From the human T2T-CHM13v2.0 reference genome, Homo sapiens, in assembly GCF_009914755.1 (NCBI RefSeq), contig NC_060929.1: a stretch of 64,000 nucleotides of DNA; one strand, 5' to 3'. The position numbers were made by a program, and so were the translations under genes. This document shows positions 57,676-64,000 of the stretch, one piece after another. Under the pieces are notes generated by a model, which made no database searches, was not told the DNA's origin, and saw only the letters and a list, made by a program, of their open reading frames with translations. The first letter of the stretch is position 1. Every line of letters starts with the position of its first letter.

Positions 57676-58440
57676 AGCTCCTTCTGCTATAAGAGAAAAG
57701 GGAGACAACTGCAGCCACACCCTAGCACCTAGCACCTGCCACCACCTCTGAAGTTCCTGCATTGCCTGTACCTTCTCCGCACATGCTGGAGACTGTGGGG
57801 TTAAGAGCTGCACCCTTGCTGCCTGAGAGTCCCTTGGATTCCAGCATTGACTTTATAATTAACCACGTTAAGGATTCCCCTGAACTTCCTTTCTCAGTAT
57901 AACCAGGAACAGAAGTTAAGAGATTTTGAAAAGTGACTCTTGGGGCACAAAACTGCATGAGAGACAGAACCCTGCAAAGTGAATTGCCCCGTATTTCTCA
58001 GGAACTGCAACGTAGTCAGCAACCAGACCCTAATCAGCTAAGACAGGGCTGCTCTGCTGCTCTGTCTACAATTTAGTTAGCTCCAGGGCTGGGGAGAGAG
58101 GGTTGTGGGCTCATCTGTTCACGGGGGCAAAAGGGTGGAAGTGAGTAGGAGACATGCATCTCGTTAAGCAGGACATCTGTTTCAGAGAAGAAGTGGGGCA
58201 AGTTTGGGAACTGTGCAAGAACATAAAGGCAAAGACAGACCCTTGAAGCATCACTAAGGTGGATCAAATTTTCTTTCTATCCGCCAAAATAAATGGACTG
58301 GTTTTTGCAGTGGAAGTGATTGAACCAAAAATACAGCTCATGGCTTACAATTGTGCTTTCTTCTCTGTTTTTCGGTTAGAATGATTGCTTATTGTACATG
58401 GATCCAATTCCAGCAGTTACAGGTACCAAAATGAAACAGG

Positions 58441-58517
58441 GCTTCTTTTTTCTTTTTTTTCTTTTTTTTTTCTTTTCCTTTTTTCTTTTCTTTTTTTTTT
58501 TTTTTTTTTTTTTTTTT
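58441..58517. repeat. T-rich low-complexity tract
   Basis: Direct reading. Confidence 0.9.
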
Positions 58518-59985
58518 GTCTTCTAGAGAGGGAGGTAGGGAGAGAGACAAACACAGAGCTAGAGAAATTGAAAGAGAAACATTCTCGAAGGCAAAGAGTT
58601 GAAAGGTGAATCTACTAAGAAAAGAATAACAGAGTGCAATTAGCCATGGAACTACATCTCCATCTGCCTCCTTTAAAGGATGAGTCCTTTAAAGGTGAGA
58701 TGAGTCCTTTAAACTTAAATTTCTACCTTCCTTTTGAAATTTTAAGTGAAATGAAGAATGCGAGGTGAATGGAACCGTAATGCTGAATACTGCTAGGGAG
58801 GGTTTAAGGTATTGTATAACTGACAAGCAAACAACGGAAAAAAGAAAGAAAGAAAGAAAAAAAAGAACACCTTTCAGAAAGGGTTTGTTCATATCTCACG
58901 ATTGGTGGGAGGGTTAAAACACATTTTTTAAAAAATCACCTTGCTAAGAGAATGAGAGAGATTCATTTATTTACTGTCTATTTATATGCCTAAAGTCACA
59001 GATGTTAGAATAAGACAGTATTGTCCAGAGTTGTAGCAAAGATGTTTCAAGCAATCAAATTCTAATTTTCTGGTGCATCATCATTACTTCCTTGTGAAAG
59101 TATGTTTTCAGTCACCCTGTGGCATGTTCATCCTAAAATACACTTTAACTTTTGAAATGAGATGTCTAATATTAGTTTTAGGTTTTATTTCTAAAGGATA
59201 GTACTAAATCCTAAAAATGTAAAGTTGGAAACCAGTCTCTCTGGGATGTGATATTTAAGGGAAAAAAAAGAGTGGGTTAAGAATTTTGTGTAGTTTTGTA
59301 TGTTATTCCCTGTTTATTTCCACTTTTTTGATAGTATTTGACCTTAATGAGCATATTAAGAAGTTAAATTATTTTTGCCAACAGTGTGTGTTTCTAAACA
59401 TGTATCTTTCTTTTAATTTAAAGAAGGGTTTTTAAAAACTAGTGGGCATAAAAGTACATTACAATGCACATTCTATGCCCAAATACTTGGTGCGGAGACA
59501 GTAAATGACATTCTGTATTACCTGATAGACAACTTATGAAAGATGTTGCCAGTTTAATATCTCTACTTTCTCGTCTCATTTCCAATAAAAAATTGATAGT
59601 CTTAAATCCACAGCTCCATATTCATAATCATCCCCTCTTTTTGAACCACTAATTGATAATGATCATCTACCAATAAGCCTTTCATTTTGAAGATTCTAGG
59701 CACTTTACCTAATTTACCTTGATAGGACTCATTTCACTGTTACTGCACTCACACATAGCCTCTTCAGAAGTGGAATATAAGATATGTTAGAAGACTGCAG
59801 AAATTGAATTATTTAAAATAAAATAAAATTTAAAAAGTAAAAGGATGAAACTCTATTGTGAAGCTTGTACTTCACACAAAGTGCTAAGGGACCTTTACTA
59901 ATCACTGTGATCCAGCCTACAGTTTTATAGCTTCTCTTAATAGGAGCCTACAGTGCCAAAAATGAATCTGTACATCACTCAAAGA

Positions 59986-60292
59986 CAGTGCTTTTCAAGT
60001 TATTTTCTGCAGGCCTCCTTTTCCCCAAGATGTTAATAGGTTTCTGGGAGGAAAAAATCCATGGTAAAATAATTTGGGGAGACATTGCATATCAAAGCAG
60101 CCTCTTAGAGATTCATGGTGAATGTTAGTATATTAAATACTTTGAAAGGTCCTGTGGTTAAGAATTTTTTTCAAAAATATTTAATTCAGCATTTTGCAGA
60201 CTTTCTTTTTTGTACTATGACAAACTTTTTCTTAGAACACCTGTTAGTATACTAAATACTTAGTGCTGCAAAGGAAATAACTTGAAAATGAT
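59986..60292. mobile_element. hAT-Charlie (MER112/113-like) remnant
   Basis: cagtgcttttcaag...ttgaaaatgatg termini; cttagagattcatggtg...tatattaaa motif. Confidence 0.45.
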
Positions 60293-60365
60293 GCTTTGAA
60301 ACAAAGCAGAATAAAGTAGCAGCAAAACAAAACAAAAAAAAGACTGTAAAAAGTTCACTGGGTTT

Positions 60366-60742
60366 TGCTATGGGCTGAATGTTTCTGCACAACCCCCCTC
60401 CCCTGCGCCCAAATTTATTTGTTGAGGCCTAAGAACCTACTGTGATATGTTTTGATGTAGAGCCTTTGGAAGGAATTGGGCCATGAGAAGAGCCCTCACG
60501 AATGGGATTAGTTCCCTTATAAGAAGAGACACCAAGGAAGTGATCTTTCTCTGCCCTCTGCTATGTGAAGACAAGGTAAGAAGACAGCTATGAACCAAGA
60601 AGCAGGCCCTTACCAGACACCAAATCTGCTGGTGCATTGATCTTGGACTTCTCAGCCTCCAGGACTGTGAGAAATAAATGTTTATTGTTGAAGCCACCCA
60701 GTCTACAGTAATTTGTTATAGCAGCTGAAATTGACTAAGACA
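60366..60742 (+). mobile_element. MLT1A0-type solo LTR
   Basis: TGCTATGGGCTGAATG...ATAAATG...GACTAAGACA. Confidence 0.88.
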
Positions 60743-60779
60743 ATTTAAAAAAATTAATCTCATTGACTTATCAATTTGG

Positions 60780-61830
60780 ATTCTGGAGCATACCTGGATT
60801 CAGGTATACATTGGATTTGGGCATATCTGAACTGGAATATGGTCTCTATCATTCTAACTCCTTTAACTAAGTTAAAGTCTGTTAAGTGCCAAACCTCAGT
60901 ATTCTCATCTGTAAAATGAAGGTAGTGATAGTATCAAACTGATAGTGGTAGGTTGTGGTGGTGCACAAAAGGGCCTAGTCCAGCACTGGACACATGGTGA
61001 TGATGATGAAAGATAATGATACTGATAAATAAGAAGACAATACTAATATACATAATTCCAAAAGAATTTTTCTTAATACGTGATCCTCTTCACTCCCCGT
61101 CTCCCATCCCCATTAAATTACCTGGAATTTTTTAGTCCATCTTTCAGTTTGTCAAGCAACGAATAACACTAAAGGTAGTCTTTTTTATTATCGTGTAATT
61201 ATGGAATTTTTTATTATTTTGCATTTTAAAACTTTGTTTTGAATTTCCAAAACTTTTTATTTAATATCTAAAATGTCTTTCTACTAAAATTTTGCTCTCA
61301 CCGTCTGAGACTCAAAGCAGAAAACCCAGCCAAGACCATCTCAAATTCTGACCTACAGAACTGGGAGTTAATAATTGGTGTTGTTTTAAACTGCTGAGTC
61401 TGTGGTAGTTTGCTATGAAGACTAATATAGTTGGTTACTATTGTTATTCTAATTTCAGGGAGAAGGAATAAGTCATGGAGCGGTTAGGTTAATTGTCCAT
61501 CCTCTCAAGTTAGTAAGTGTTGGAGCCGATAAGTGAATCTAAACAGCGTGAATCTAAAGCCCACTGCATACTTCTGCCAACAATTATGAAGGGTCGACTG
61601 TATGCTAAGCTCTAATGCATTTTTACATATATTGCTTTACTAAATAGGTTACCTCAACAACCTTTATGAGGTAAATATTATTATTATTTGCATTTGACTA
61701 CTGAGGAAACCAAGAATCAAAACCTTTAAGTACATTGCCCAGGATCAAGGTGGCGGTGAGGAATGGAGCCAAGAGCTAGTATCAGAGCCCTGCTCTGGTT
61801 CCAGTAGTGATTTTCACAGCCATTGTGTTA
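60780..61830. mobile_element. Cluster of MIR fragments and an MLT1 3' end
   Basis: cctcagtattctcatctgtaaaatg (plus); ctgaggaaacc...ttgcccaggatc (minus); tctgacctacagaactg. Confidence 0.55.
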
Positions 61831-62599
61831 AAATGCCTATTTAGACAGTGGTCTAACTTACTTTATTTATTGACATTTTCAATTTCAATGGTTATAATTA
61901 TAATTGTCATTTTTTAGTACAGTTTGCATTTCTCCCTGATCTTCTTGATGCATCATTTTAGAATATACATTGCTGAAATGTAGAATTTCAAGCACATTTT
62001 AAATTCTCTACAATATTTGCATAACTCATAACACTTTTCTTCATTGCTCCCACAAGCACCAAGATAATTCTTTCCTCCAACCCTCTGCTCATGCTGTTAT
62101 CCCCACCTGAAATGCCCTCTTACAAATCCTACTAGCTGAATTACAGTTTCCATTTAAGACCTCCCCGAATTATTCTAGCACCAGAGAACCATCATTTCTT
62201 AGAATTAACAGTGCTTTTAATTTTTTTTCTAGTTGTTTCACTTGTGTTAATCTTATCTTTCCAAAGAATTATATGGTTCTTACCATTTAGATAACTGCAT
62301 GTCTTAGACATAGCTGAGTGTTATGTTTTAAATTTCTTCAGTCTTTCCACTGTGAACACTAAGGAAAATTAATTTTTAAGACTACAGATTTGATACCAAA
62401 TCCCTACTTCCTAATATTTCACTGCCTGATTCCCTAATGGATGCTCTTTCCAGAAAATGTGTAGGGTCATTAAGCAAGAGTGTACCTTTGCTTTCAGAAT
62501 TTGACCCTGGTAGGAGAAATTTCTGGTGCTTCTAATTCTTTCCCTCCAGTTTCCCAGTCAAACTCATTTCAGTGACTTGGTTTTTAGCTTCCTGAAATA

Positions 62600-64000
62600 T
62601 GTTTGAATAATTAATATATACACACAATAAAAGTTCAAAGGTACAAAAGAGTGTGCAGGAAAATAAAAGTTTTCCTCCTAATGACATTCCCTTCTTACAC
62701 AAGGTTATTCCCTCAGGGCCTACTGCTGATATCTAGTAGCTATGCTTGTGTATCCTTCTAAAGATACACAAACACACCCCCCTATATATGTGTGTTTATA
62801 TGTACTTGTGCATACATGTGTGTATATATAGTGTGTATATGTGTACACACATACTTTTTACAAAAGTTACTAAATTATACAATCATGGATCTTGCTTTTC
62901 TTCACAAACGTTCTGTGTTTTGAAATTGTATCAAGGACTGCATAGTATCTGTATATGTAAATCCTTTTTGATAGACATTTAAGTTGCTTCCAATCTTTTG
63001 CTATTGCAAGCAATATTACATGAATACACATTTTGCACATGTGTGCAAGATAAACATATTAGAATAGATTTGTTGAAGTAACATTGTTGGTGGGGGGAAT
63101 GTTCATATAAAATTGTGATAGATATTACCAATTTGCCATTCATAAGGTATCTATGAGTTCACCCTTCCACCTGTACTGTATCAGACAGCTTGTCTCTCTT
63201 TAGTGTGGCTGATATGATTCTTAACAATCTTTGAAAGACAAAAAAAGGTATCTCATGGTTTTGAACACCTATTATTTTTACTGGGTTTGAGCAACTTTTC
63301 GCATATTTAAAAATAATTATTTTCTTTATGTGAACTGGCATTTCATGTATTTTGCTTTTATTTCTACTGATTTGCTAACCTTTTTATTGATTGGTAGGAG
63401 ATCTGTATAAGGAAATTCATCCATTTGGGGTCACATTAATGTCAAAAAATTTATCCAGCTGGTTCTTGTCCTTTAACCTAGTTTACACCTATTTGTTTGA
63501 TTTTATTGTGCTAAAATTGCTAAAATATTTTATATTTGGGTGATGAAATTTATCCACCTTTGCTTTAAGATTTCTAGGTTTTGATATTTGCTAAGATAGG
63601 CTTTCAGTATTCTGAATTTATAAACATATCTTACAGTGTCTTATAGTAGTTTTATGAATATTTCATGTGTGTTTTTACAATTCTTACCAAATTAAAATTT
63701 GAGAGATAGTATTTGTTACTATCTTACTTGTTCTCTCAAAAACTACCAGTAATAACAAAACCATATATTGAATAAATCCATATATTTCAAATTAATATGA
63801 CATGCCAACTCACTCACTTAGTCACTATATATTTGGCTCTACTGCTTGCTTTTATAGACTGTTCCATTGGGTTATCTATTCGTGTGCCAGTACTACATGC
63901 CTAATTGTTGTTTTAATTTTTTTTTAATAACTACTAGGGTAAACATCATCTACTTCTTTTTTAAAAAATACTCCCTGACTAATGTACATTTATTTTTTTT
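62600..64000 (-). mobile_element. Old L1M/L1ME remnant
   Basis: gacatttaagttgcttccaatcttttgcta, ctgttccattgg...tgccagtactac: reverse-complement L1 ORF2/3' UTR motifs. Confidence 0.7.

Noticed and set aside
54784-57958. Many overlapping 60-160 aa Pro/Ala/Arg/Gly-rich ORFs
   Set aside because: Expected from stop-codon scarcity in a CpG island; most start at GTG/TTG and have no recognisable domains.

Overview
Primate, almost certainly human, genomic DNA: AT-rich and dense in Alu, L1, L2, MIR, MaLR and hAT repeats. The only supportable protein-coding segment is the first coding exon of EDIL3 (Del-1) on the minus strand (ATG at 57002, [23 protein letters not shown], phase-1 donor G|GTAAG after 56936). 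Positions 1-56935 are therefore part of EDIL3's long intron 1 (exon 2, starting DICDPNPC, was not found). About 55800-57600 is the CpG-island promoter/exon 1, and 57700-64000 is upstream sequence, probably overlapped by the divergent lncRNA EDIL3-DT. Nearly all other ORFs in the track come from repeats, low-complexity DNA or high GC content. I see no convincing new multi-gene system. The best leads are: (i) a doubly truncated L1PA fragment with no poly(A) tail and no target-site duplication (TSD), inserted in one copy of an old local duplication whose second copy preserves the empty site; (ii) a candidate recursive/poison exon next to a (UG)17 tract in intron 1; (iii) a one-LTR THE1C element that still has a perfect 5-bp TSD; (iv) a mosaic CCAAT-rich minisatellite; (v) an intronic antisense CpG promoter with plus-strand splice signals. 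Repeat subfamily calls come from recalled consensus sequences, and boundaries without TSDs are approximate.
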